A stretch of DNA of 64,000 nt from Diplonema japonicum (taxonomy: Eukaryota; Protista; Euglenozoa: Diplonemea), in assembly GCA_964019335.1 (NCBI GenBank), contig OZ025737.1:62001-126000 (forward strand), written 5' to 3'. The notes beneath the pieces were generated by a model that was given only the letters and a program-made list of their open reading frames with translations, had not been told where the DNA came from and ran no database searches. Position numbers and translations under genes: made by a program. This document shows, in pieces, positions 46,567 through 56,409 of this stretch. Numbering within the stretch: the first letter of the stretch is position 1; the number at the start of each line of letters is the position of its first letter.

Positions 46567-47151
46567 AGTGCTGTCCTGCTACGAAACCCTTCTCTACATC
46601 GTTATTAAACAAAGCAGCTCTCAAACAGGGACGCCTTCTTTTTGTGGACCAGAACTTAAATTAAGCCCTTACTTTTTAACATCTTTTCAAGGAACGTCTT
46701 ACAATACGCAAACAAGAACAACACGTGAAAACTATCAAAGAAGAGGGGAGTAATCAAGTTAAAGGAACTATTTATTTTTTTTATTCATAAAAATCTGATC
46801 AAAGAACAAAAACGACGTCGCCAAACCCCCCTCCCTCCCCGTACTCACCCTTTTTTTTCACCCCCCCCTTTCTCTTCTTGTTTTTTTTATTATCCCTCCA
46901 CACGTAATCAAAATGATATCTTTTTTTTTTTTATTCCCCCAAAACTCGCGAAGAAGAGAAAGGAAGAAAAAAAAAAAAAGAATTACGCAAAACTTTTCTT
47001 CTTTTCATTTTTTTTACGTTGCACGCTTAACGCCACCTAGTGTTGCAATCAAAGCCCCATTTTTTATTTTATTTTTTTCAAAAAAAATCTACAAAAAAAA
47101 AAAAATCTCCCAGGGAGAGGGGAGGGGGAGAAGAGAAGGGGGGAAAAGAAT

Positions 47152-48420
47152 AACTATTTATTCCGGGGGCAATAAAGTAGGGTTTATTTCCCCCGAGACA
47201 GATTGTGGCTCCCGAGGACATAATTTTTACCTCGCTTCGCTCGGTAAAAATTGGTTCCGAGGGGCCAGGACAATCTGTCGAGGGAAAAGGTAAACCCTAC
47301 TTTACCCCGGAATACGGCGTTTTATTTACAGTTTATTTTCCCGAGGCCTAAATTCTCAAAGAGCGGGACGTGGACTCCGGAATACGCTGGACTATCACGC
47401 TTGTTTGTAGAATGAAAAAATAAAAATGGCAAAAGAAAAGAAAAAAGGGGTGGAGTGGGTACTATCTACTCCTGGCGTGTGCGGATGTTGATGTCCTGTG
47501 ACTGGCTTGGGCTTCCTGGTCCTGGGCTGGTCTGTATTTGACTCAAAAGTCCTGCCATGTGTTGCGCACTGCTTGTGCTCTGTTCCACGTACGTGGATAT
47601 CTCATTGGCGGGCTTTCCGATGACGGATGCCACATCGTACCCCAGTTTGTATACCTTGTTTTTGCCAATGGGCGTTCCTCTCTCCGAAAGGAACAGACGC
47701 TTGGTCTCTTTCTTAGGTCGTAGCAACAAGTACTGGTCCATTGCTGATGCATAAATGCCAGACATGTGGAATTTTGTGTGCCCACCTGTCTTTGAACGTG
47801 CTGCGGTGCAGATAAACCTCCCATCAACTTGATTCTTTACAATGTCGCTGATTTCCATCGACACCACTTCATGCTAAACATGCAAGCAACGATAGCGGCG
47901 TTAGCGGTCCCTTTTTGTTCAATATAATCTTGAACCCCGTCACTTGATAAAGTGGCAGCCACGTGACGCTCTTCGTTACGGTCCCAGGACTTTAACAAAG
48001 ACGTCAAGCGAGGCCAAGCTTGTAGTTTGCAGTTGTACTTGGCTTTGAAGGTTGCGTTCAATTTGGAGTAAAGACACCAGAGGCTCGATGCCTTGAGCCC
48101 GGCTTCCCTCCTGCTTTGGAAGTAGCTCACGATATCTTGCTCACGCGGCTTCCCTGCTATGTTCTCTGACTCGAGCATCGCAGTCCACGCTTTTTCATAG
48201 GAAGGGTTCTTATATGTGTTTGACTCATAGATCTCTTCCATGCGCTTGACCTTGCTTTTTGGCATCTTTGATAAAAAAAAGAGCTGGAAGAATTATGTTA
48301 GTTTATTTCCCCGCCCTGTTAAATTTGGCTTCAAAGTTTATTTGCCCGGGGGGAAAATACCCTACTTTACGTTCCCCGCTCTTTGAGAATTTAGGTCGAG
48401 GGAATAAACTGTGAAATAAA
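47152..48420 (-). mobile_element. Tyrosine-recombinase (Crypton-type) DNA element: terminal 160-bp hairpin plus about 50-bp inverted repeats enclosing a broken recombinase gene
   Basis: Hairpin about 47158-47314 with apex ctcgcttcgctcg; inverted repeats 47321-47371 / 48369-48420; recombinase-like ORFs between them. Confidence 0.8.
47466..48265 (-). pseudogene. Frameshifted, internally deleted tyrosine recombinase
   Basis: N-terminal core-binding-like SYF..R..GLKASSLW..YSKL; catalytic-domain-like RSKT...F, YLLLRP....LFL...PIGKN and a terminal YVEQS. The catalytic Arg region (frameshift near 47870) and HxxR box appear deleted. Confidence 0.75.
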
Positions 48421-48430
48421 AAAAAAGAGA

Positions 48431-50386
48431 ATGTTTAGACAAAGTTATGTGGCAACGTGTCATCAGATGGGAATTGATCCAATGCCGAGTATTGAGTCAA
48501 TTGAGTTGCCAGGCGAGAAATTGTGTGTGACAAGTCAGACATTGGCGGTGAAAGGCAGCCTTGCGTTGGGAGAAGCGTTACGCTGTTCGGAGTTCAAAGA
48601 GGTGGAGCTGTGTAACAGTTACATAAACGACGAAGGCTGCAGGGCACTGTGTGAAGGCTTGATTAAGAACACGTTTTTGATGCGGTTGAACCTTTCAGGA
48701 AACAACTTTGGATCGGCAAGCTCGGACTCGCTGGCTGCGGTGGTCCGCTGCTGCCCGAATCTCACCGAACTCATTCTGGAGTGGAACGGGATGGGATCCT
48801 CCCACGTTGCATTCTCAACGTTCGCCGACGCAGTTTCAGCAAGCAAAACCCTGAAACACCTGGACCTCCGCAACAACAGGCTGACATTCGACTGCGCAGC
48901 ATCTTTAGAAAAACTTCTCATCCATAACACCGTTCTCATCTCACTCGACCTACGCTGGAACAGGCTCTCAACTCGCGGCGGCGACCTAATCGCCTCTGCC
49001 GTCGCAAAAAACACTGTCATCACATCAATACAACTTACCGGCAATGACATCGACTACGCAACCCTCATAGCCATCGACGCAAAGACATCTGGAAACGATA
49101 AGATGAAGCAAAACCATTCTGAGGTGGCAACGCTGTACAAACAGCAGCAGGAGTACCAAGAGGTTATGATACAGAACGCAGAGAGGCTGCAGAAAGAAGT
49201 CGAACAACGGGAATCGACAATGGCCACAGAACGACGCAAAACAAGCTCTTTGATAGAACAAAACGAACAGCTCACCGCCACACAGCACCAACTCAAAGCA
49301 GAGCTCATCATCGCTCGAGAACAAGCCGAACGAGCTACCTCCGAATCATCTGCCAAACTCCACGATGTCAACCTTGCTAGTACCGCGAATCTTGCGGAGA
49401 CTGTTGAAAAGCACGACATCGAAATGCGTAAGCTGTCCACAGCCAACAAGGAACTTGAATCCACAAACTCAACCTTAACCGGGGAGATCGCCCATCTCCG
49501 CCATCAATTAGAAGGTTTCGAATCCGGCAAAGCCGATCTATTGAAACGCCTTGAGCATGGCGAGCTGGAAAACACGTCTCTCAGCCAAACCGTAGCAACG
49601 CTCCGCGAGGAGGCCAAGGAACTTATTTTCAAATCGAACCAGGACAGGATACTCCTCAGACGTACGACTGACGAGCTCGAAGCTAAGACTCAAACAAATA
49701 CTGTTGTGCAGTCACGCAAAGCCGAACTGGAGGACAAAATACTGGAATTGGAGAGAGAAAGAAACACAATGACAGCCCAGCTACAACGGGTGGACTTGGA
49801 ACACGAACGGGCCGTGCAAAGCATGCGGGAAGACCTTATCAAAGAGAAGAAAGATGAATCAGAGAAAGCTGCAAGGCGTCTGCGTGAGGCGCAAGACGAG
49901 GTAGCCGCAAGAGAGAAGACGATCAATGAGCTAACTGCTGAAGCGGTCCGTGCTGTCGAACGCCATCAAACTGCAATCGACGATATCGAAGAAAGACACA
50001 AGAAAGCAAAGGACACTCACTCCTCTATGGAGATCGACTATCACAGGATGTCAGGGTACATCGTGCAGCTCGAAGCTGAAAGAAAGCGAACCGACCAGGA
50101 AGCCAGGTCCGCAGAAGATCGCCGCGAAACTCTCGTCGCCGAGATCGAAACAATGCAGAGGCAGCACCAGGCCGACATTGACCGTCTCACTGAACGCTTT
50201 GCTTCCGACCGTCTTGAGCTCGAAAGAAAGCTCCTCCAGAAAGAAGAACGCCTCAACCACCTTGACACGGAGAACAACGACCTTTCCCAGAAGCTCAAAC
50301 GAGCCACCGAAGACCACACGCGTGAGAAGGACCGCCTCCTCCGCCGCGTCACCGAACAGGTCCGCGTCATCTTCGACGAAAGCTGA
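48431..50386 (+). CDS. Leucine-rich-repeat plus long coiled-coil protein (LRRC45-like)
   Basis: RI-like LRRs (LNLSGN, LILEWN, LDLRNN, LDLRWN, IQLTGN) followed by about 430 aa of heptad-rich sequence. Confidence 0.85.
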   Translation: MFRQSYVATCHQMGIDPMPSIESIELPGEKLCVTSQTLAVKGSLALGEALRCSEFKEVELCNSYINDEGCRALCEGLIKNTFLMRLNLSGNNFGSASSDSLAAVVRCCPNLTELILEWNGMGSSHVAFSTFADAVSASKTLKHLDLRNNRLTFDCAASLEKLLIHNTVLISLDLRWNRLSTRGGDLIASAVAKNTVITSIQLTGNDIDYATLIAIDAKTSGNDKMKQNHSEVATLYKQQQEYQEVMIQNAERLQKEVEQRESTMATERRKTSSLIEQNEQLTATQHQLKAELIIAREQAERATSESSAKLHDVNLASTANLAETVEKHDIEMRKLSTANKELESTNSTLTGEIAHLRHQLEGFESGKADLLKRLEHGELENTSLSQTVATLREEAKELIFKSNQDRILLRRTTDELEAKTQTNTVVQSRKAELEDKILELERERNTMTAQLQRVDLEHERAVQSMREDLIKEKKDESEKAARRLREAQDEVAAREKTINELTAEAVRAVERHQTAIDDIEERHKKAKDTHSSMEIDYHRMSGYIVQLEAERKRTDQEARSAEDRRETLVAEIETMQRQHQADIDRLTERFASDRLELERKLLQKEERLNHLDTENNDLSQKLKRATEDHTREKDRLLRRVTEQVRVIFDES

Positions 50387-50555
50387 CCGACACCCACACA
50401 CCTAGACCTCTACCTAGAATAGCTATCTCAAAGAGTTTTTTTTATTCTTTCCTTTAGACTTGTGTATTACTATTTAACTCTTTTTTGTTGCTTTTTTCTT
50501 TTGATACCATCTTCCCAGACTTTATACGAAAAAAAACAAAAAAAAACCCACACAA

Positions 50556-51200
50556 ATGTCACCTGTGACCTTCACCTACTTCGGTCTGATGGCGAAGGGC
50601 TTCGGGCCCATCATGTGCCTGGAGACGCACGGTGTGGAATGGGTGGGGAAGTCAGTGGCCTTTGAGAACTGGCCTGAGATGAAGAAGAGCGGGGTGTGCC
50701 CCTTCGGGCAGCTCCCCATCTTGGAGTGCGAGCACGGTGTGGTGGCGCAGTCTCAGACTGTGATGAGGTACGTGGCGAGGAAGGTCCCTGCTGCTGGTGG
50801 GAAGGACGAGAAGGAAGGGATCGTGTCGGACATGCTCCTCGGGTTGAGCGAGGACATCTTCGACGCCCTTGCCAAGGCACAGCCCACCCTCCTCGCCCCC
50901 AAGAAGGACGCTGAAGGGGTGAAGACCTTCTGGGACGAGACCCTCCCCGGGAAGCTCTCCCACCTGGAGGCCTTCTTGAAGGGGGAGGATTCCTTCACCT
51001 CCTCTGGGGTGACCATCGGGGAGCTCGCCCTGTGGTGCATCCTGCACATGATGGTTGTTGTGGGTCCCTCTTGTTTGGACAAGACCCCCAAGACGAAGGC
51101 CTTCTACACCCGCATCCTGAACCTTCCCTCCACACAGAAGGTCATCACCGGGAAGACTTCCTTCGGTGACCTTCCCAGCTTCTTCGTGAAGGCAGAGTAA
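50556..51200 (+). CDS. Glutathione S-transferase A, copy 1 (Tyr-type, sigma-like)
   Basis: FTYF N-terminal Tyr, CPFGQLPILE, AQSQTVMRYVARK, TIGELALW. Confidence 0.92.
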   Translation: MSPVTFTYFGLMAKGFGPIMCLETHGVEWVGKSVAFENWPEMKKSGVCPFGQLPILECEHGVVAQSQTVMRYVARKVPAAGGKDEKEGIVSDMLLGLSEDIFDALAKAQPTLLAPKKDAEGVKTFWDETLPGKLSHLEAFLKGEDSFTSSGVTIGELALWCILHMMVVVGPSCLDKTPKTKAFYTRILNLPSTQKVITGKTSFGDLPSFFVKAE

Positions 51201-51271
51201 GGTCGCTTTGCTTCTCTAGCAAACACAAAAGAAAGATGGTAGGAAAATAGTCCTTCCTCTTTTCTTCTTTT

Positions 51272-51302
<31 letters not shown>

Positions 51303-51796
51303 GTCGACCTTCTTCTTATTTTAAATGGGTTTTCTCTCTTCTTTCTTGTCTTCATCTATAAAAAAAAGATGAAGAAAGAAAAAGAAAAAAAGAAAACAAG
51401 TAAACTGCTTTGTACACCCCCCTTCGTTTGCTGAGGGAGGGAGGGAGTGTGTCTGTAAAGGCTGCCTTCTCACTGTGGTTGTGTGGCCCATTCAAAGACA
51501 CCTCCTTCCCTCCTCAAACAGCTCCATTCTGGTGTCAAGCACTCCGCCCACTGTGGCACAACACTTTTCTCCCTTTTATTATTTTTCCTCTTTACGACTC
51601 ATACTCGGGGGATGTTTTTTTTTCCCCCTTCTTGGATGATGAATCTTGAAACATCTCATCTTTTTTTTTTTCTTTTTCTTCCGAGTTTGAAAAGTGAGCT
51701 ATTCTGCTTCTTCTTTTTTCTGCCCTTCTCCTCTATTTCACCACCAGGACTGTTTTTCCTCCTTTAAAAAAAAACCCCCCCTCTTCAAATAAAAAG

Positions 51797-52447
51797 ATGT
51801 CGTCCCTGACCTTCTCCTACCTGACGCTGTACGCAAGGGGGTTCCCTCCCATCATGTGCTTCGAGACGCACGGGGTGGAGTGCAAGGAGAACCCTCTGAC
51901 GATGGAGACGTGGCCTGCGATGAAGAAGACGGGTATCAGCCCCTTCGGGCAGCTCCCTCTCCTGGAATGCGAGCACGGTGTGATCACACAGTCACAGAGC
52001 ATCATGAGGTACGTGGCGAGGAAGGTCCCTGCTGCTGGTGGGAAGGACGAGAAGGAAGGGATCATATCAGACATGCTCCTCGGGTTGAGCGAGGACCTGT
52101 GGGGATCCCTCTCTCAAGCCCAACCATCTCTCTTCGCCCCGAAGAAGGACCCTGAAGGGGTGAAGGTTCTGTGGGAGGAGACCCTCCCTGGGAAACTGTC
52201 CTACCTGGAGGCCTTCTTTCCGAAGGGGCAACAGAACACTTTCACCTCCTCGGGGAAAACGATCGGGGAGCTCGGTCTCTGGTCCCTCTTGCACATTCTG
52301 GTTCTTCTGAAACCCACTTCCCTGGACAAGACCCCCAAGACGAAGGCCTTCTACACCCGCATCCTGAACCTTCCCTCCACACAGAAGGTGGTCACCGGGA
52401 AGACTGTCTACGGCACCCTCACAGACTTCTTCGTGAAAGCGGAGTAA
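51797..52447 (+). CDS. Glutathione S-transferase B, copy 1
   Basis: FSYL, SPFGQLPLLE, TQSQSIMRYVARK; paralog of GST A. Confidence 0.92.
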   Translation: MSSLTFSYLTLYARGFPPIMCFETHGVECKENPLTMETWPAMKKTGISPFGQLPLLECEHGVITQSQSIMRYVARKVPAAGGKDEKEGIISDMLLGLSEDLWGSLSQAQPSLFAPKKDPEGVKVLWEETLPGKLSYLEAFFPKGQQNTFTSSGKTIGELGLWSLLHILVLLKPTSLDKTPKTKAFYTRILNLPSTQKVVTGKTVYGTLTDFFVKAE

Positions 52448-53010
52448 TATAAAAAAAAAGAATAAAAAGAGGAGGCCTTTCTTGATCCATCTCTTTTTTG
52501 TTAGTCTTCTTCTTCTCTGCTTTCCTCCCCTCTCCGATTATACTCAATTATACTAATCCTATTTCTTCCCGTTACGCACAAACAAAAGAATAGCACCCAC
52601 TATGCTTTATTTTTTGTTGTTGACTATTAAAAGAAAATAAAATGAAAAAGAAAATTAAAAATCTGGTGTGCGCTGTATGTGCGTTCGAAAGAGCTGCTTT
52701 CTTTTTTTTTTTTTTATTTTTAACGTTGTGGCAGGAGGTTAGGTGTGTATTGTTGCGAACATGCTCCCCCACGACCTGTCGCCGTGAAAGAAATGTGGCC
52801 CATCGAAGGAAACCACCAGACACAATCCACTGTGGTTGTTGTTTCTCTTTTCTGCTTTCTTCTCTCTCCCCCTCCGTCCTCTTTTGGACATATGTACCGC
52901 ACTCACACATACTCGCTTGTGGGGCTTACTTGCAAATTTTAACTGTGTAAAAAAGCCAAATTAAGTTTTAAAACACCACCCCCTCCCCCCGTCAGGTAAC
53001 ACACTCAACT

Positions 53011-56000
53011 ATGTTGCGCTGTTCACGCCTTGCTTCTAGGCGCCTCCTCAGTGGGCGTGCCTCCCGCGCTCTGAAGGACACAGGCGTCAAAGTCGCAGCC
53101 GTAGAAGTTGCTCCGAAATGCCCTGTGACCAACAAGATGGGTTCGAAGACTCTAAAGACCTGTCCTGTACAAACCGAGAGAGAGCCGCAGCTTCAAAACC
53201 AGGAAGTTATTTTTGACCAGATGAATGCAGAGATGGAACTTGACATCAAGGATATCCAGGGGGACATCATCCTGGGTTTCAACAAGCGTTACAGCGTGAA
53301 CCTGGTCCTGGACTTCGTGGGGAGCAAGGACAAGGTGAAGAAATGGTTGGAAGAAGTCGTGAGTAGCAAACTGAGCACATGCCACACGGTTCGCACTCAT
53401 CGTGAGTTGCACAGAGGTGACTACACATCGCAAGCCGCATGCAACGAGGTCTTCATGAACTGCGCCTTCGGCTACGCCGGCCTCCAGATGCTTCTCAAGG
53501 GATCGCCGCTGGAATTTACACTCAAGCCGCGCAAGTCTGCCATGGAACCTGGCTTCGACGCGACATCACCCTTCGTCCTTGGGGCATGGCAGAGGTCGAC
53601 CATGACTGGCGACACAGAGTGCCGCGGGAAGTGGGACTTCGGGAAGGACCGCAACAACGACATGATGCTCACATTCGGAAGCGACAACAAGGAAGCAGCC
53701 GAGGCGTTTATTGCCGACATAATGAAAAACACAAAGGGCTTCCTGAAGCAACAGGAACAGACCTGGTCGGACCGCGGAGTAAAGGGCAAGGACCTGTTCT
53801 ACGGACACGAGCACTTCGGGTTCCAAGACGGTTTGAGCCAGCCTGAGGTGCGCGGTAAGTTCAGGAACCCAGACACCGGGAAGACGAGCTTTATTGTGGA
53901 ACGCCAGCTGTGGACCGGCGGCAACGACGAAGAAACCACGCAGTGGCGTGACTACAGCCGCCCCGGGTTCAGGTTGTGCGACACGGGTCACTTCTTGTTG
54001 GGGGAAAACTACCTGAGAGCGATCACAGACGACAGGGACGCGACCACCGACCCCGTCAAGTCCAACCTATTGAAAATCCCCCCCTACCCCGGTTGGGCCA
54101 ACAATGGGAGCTTCGTGGTGTACCGCAAGATTGAACAGCGTGTACACGACCTGTGGGAGAAGATGTACACAACGGCAAAGGATCTGGCGGCTGCGAACAA
54201 CATTCAGGACGAGGCTACGATTAAGAACCTTGCTGGCGACATTGCGGCGAAGGTTTTCGGCCGTTGGTGGGATGGAACGCCTACTGTGATGGATGCGGAT
54301 CAGATGTTCACGAAAGACTTCAACCTACCGAGGTACCCGCCGAACCTTGATGACAGCACGACGGAAGAGAATTCGAAGAAGTACATCAACGCGGTGAAGA
54401 AAGAAGCGCAGAAGAACGGCTTCGAGTACACCACCGAAGCGAGCTGGAAGTACCCCGACGGCTCGAGCAAGAAAGACATCGAAGGTATTTACCACAAGGA
54501 CCCGAATGGCACACGCTGCCCGTACGCATCGCACATCCGCAAGGTCAACCCTCGTGACGAGTTCACTGACGTGGGAGGGAAGGTGGAAACACTGCGCCAC
54601 CGTCTGCTCAGACGTGGAAACAACTACGGGACACGTGTGAAGGATGTATTCGCAGCTACTGGGGGAGACGACAAGGTCAGGCGTGGTCTTGCGTTGAATA
54701 TGTACCAGGCTGACATCGAAGAACAGTTTGAGTTCGTCCAGCGCCACTGGGCCAACAACAACAGCCGTCCTGTTGGCACAGGTGATGACATGGTCATCGG
54801 CCTAAGCTCCAAGCCGAAATCCATCACTGTCACAGTGAACGTTCCAGGTGTGGGCGACAAGACTGTGGAGATCGCAACAGAAGATGGTGTTCGTGACTAT
54901 ACCTACAGCGCAGGGATGGGCTACTTCCTCGTTCCGAGCATCTCGGCTATCAATGATGTGCTGTGCTGGAAGAAACCCACCGAAGAGTTTAAATTGCCGA
55001 TCCCCGCAGAGGTAAAACCCCAAAAGGAAACGTACAACCCCCCTGCGTGCCAACGCGACTTCAAGAAGCCGGCGACCTTCAACATGTGGACGAAGTTCGT
55101 CAAGGATCAGTTTAACACCGCCATCTGGGCGCTCACAGAGGACACGATTGAGCACGCTGGTGATAACCTGTACCCGCCGCATGGTATTGCCTACCGTCTG
55201 CCGGACCCCGCAAAGATTGCGTATGATTTCGACGACCTTAGCAAGAAAACCCCGTTGCAATTCCGTTCCACAAACGACATCCTCCGCATGGCAAAAGCTC
55301 TGAATGAAACCCCCGTCAGCAAGGTTATAGCATGGACGGGTTTCCCGAAGCAGGTGAAGACAAAGTACGAGGAGACGATGACCAACATGTACGAGGTGTC
55401 CGATCTGATCACCACCAACGACCCACGTTACAGCACCACATACAACACTAGAGGGTACCAGGACGAGTACTGCGAGTGGTTCAAACACACCGACAAGAAC
55501 GGGAAAATCACCCGCGTGGACTTCACGAACGAGTCCCCCGAGTACTGGACCTTCCTCGCAGAGACCGAGCCCGACACCGCACTGGCGCTTTACAGAAAGT
55601 ACATCTCGAAGGATGTTAAAAAACAAGACCTGTACATCCTCAAGGAAGAGAAAGTTTCACAGGAAGGTGATGCTGCACCAAAGACAAAGAAGGTGTGGAG
55701 GTACAACATATTCAACAAGTGGAACACGACGCACGGTGCGATGCATCTTAACCAGCCAAACAACTCACTTGCTGCGGAAATATACATCGCGGCCGAAGCG
55801 GCCATGAAGTGGGGGTGTACCAGCGAAGCAGCCTTGGAAAGCCCTCAGGCTCTGATCGGGTGTGCCCAGTACGGCCAGCCAGCACGTGCATCGGATCCTT
55901 TAATCGGTGCCAGTGTGAACGCGTTGGTCCGTCAGGACATGATCGTGTCGATCGAGGACCCTGTGGGTCTGTACTTTAAGGACTTTGACACATCTGGGTG

Positions 56001-56409
56001 GTCGAAGCCAGACGGAACACCATTCACCAAAAAAGAGATTGAAAAAATAGTACACTACGAACGTGGAACGAGAAGCAAGACCCCCCTCGACCCCTCCAAG
56101 CCCAGCCAGAACCTCCGTGTCAGGGTAGAAGTCCCTGCCTCAATGGGGTTCAAGCTTGGTGACTGCACCATTGGCGGTGTCCCCATCAAGTATGCAGGGC
56201 AAATCGCTGAGGCCTCTGTTACTGTGTACCTTAATGGATTGGCCATTAACGGAAAAGAGCTTCTGGAGGACACTGAGGTTGTCCTTTGTAAGGAACAATG
56301 GAGGCAGGAAAACAAGAACGGCGAAGGTGGTGTTGGTCCGCAATTACCTTCTGACTACATGCCTCTGTACCCTCCGTCGCCCTCGGAGCCTAAAGCTTCT
56401 TCAGCGTGA
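53011..56409 (+). CDS. DyP-type heme peroxidase fused to a C-terminal domain of unknown function, with a predicted mitochondrial presequence (1132 aa, intronless)
   Basis: DIQGDI..GF, EHFGFQDGLSQP (GxxDG), NGSFVVYRKIEQ, CPYASHIRKVNPR (proximal His), LLRRGNNYG (distal Arg), QFEFVQRHW; N-terminus MLRCSRLASRRLLS. Confidence 0.9.
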   Translation: MLRCSRLASRRLLSGRASRALKDTGVKVAAVEVAPKCPVTNKMGSKTLKTCPVQTEREPQLQNQEVIFDQMNAEMELDIKDIQGDIILGFNKRYSVNLVLDFVGSKDKVKKWLEEVVSSKLSTCHTVRTHRELHRGDYTSQAACNEVFMNCAFGYAGLQMLLKGSPLEFTLKPRKSAMEPGFDATSPFVLGAWQRSTMTGDTECRGKWDFGKDRNNDMMLTFGSDNKEAAEAFIADIMKNTKGFLKQQEQTWSDRGVKGKDLFYGHEHFGFQDGLSQPEVRGKFRNPDTGKTSFIVERQLWTGGNDEETTQWRDYSRPGFRLCDTGHFLLGENYLRAITDDRDATTDPVKSNLLKIPPYPGWANNGSFVVYRKIEQRVHDLWEKMYTTAKDLAAANNIQDEATIKNLAGDIAAKVFGRWWDGTPTVMDADQMFTKDFNLPRYPPNLDDSTTEENSKKYINAVKKEAQKNGFEYTTEASWKYPDGSSKKDIEGIYHKDPNGTRCPYASHIRKVNPRDEFTDVGGKVETLRHRLLRRGNNYGTRVKDVFAATGGDDKVRRGLALNMYQADIEEQFEFVQRHWANNNSRPVGTGDDMVIGLSSKPKSITVTVNVPGVGDKTVEIATEDGVRDYTYSAGMGYFLVPSISAINDVLCWKKPTEEFKLPIPAEVKPQKETYNPPACQRDFKKPATFNMWTKFVKDQFNTAIWALTEDTIEHAGDNLYPPHGIAYRLPDPAKIAYDFDDLSKKTPLQFRSTNDILRMAKALNETPVSKVIAWTGFPKQVKTKYEETMTNMYEVSDLITTNDPRYSTTYNTRGYQDEYCEWFKHTDKNGKITRVDFTNESPEYWTFLAETEPDTALALYRKYISKDVKKQDLYILKEEKVSQEGDAAPKTKKVWRYNIFNKWNTTHGAMHLNQPNNSLAAEIYIAAEAAMKWGCTSEAALESPQALIGCAQYGQPARASDPLIGASVNALVRQDMIVSIEDPVGLYFKDFDTSGWSKPDGTPFTKKEIEKIVHYERGTRSKTPLDPSKPSQNLRVRVEVPASMGFKLGDCTIGGVPIKYAGQIAEASVTVYLNGLAINGKELLEDTEVVLCKEQWRQENKNGEGGVGPQLPSDYMPLYPPSPSEPKASSA

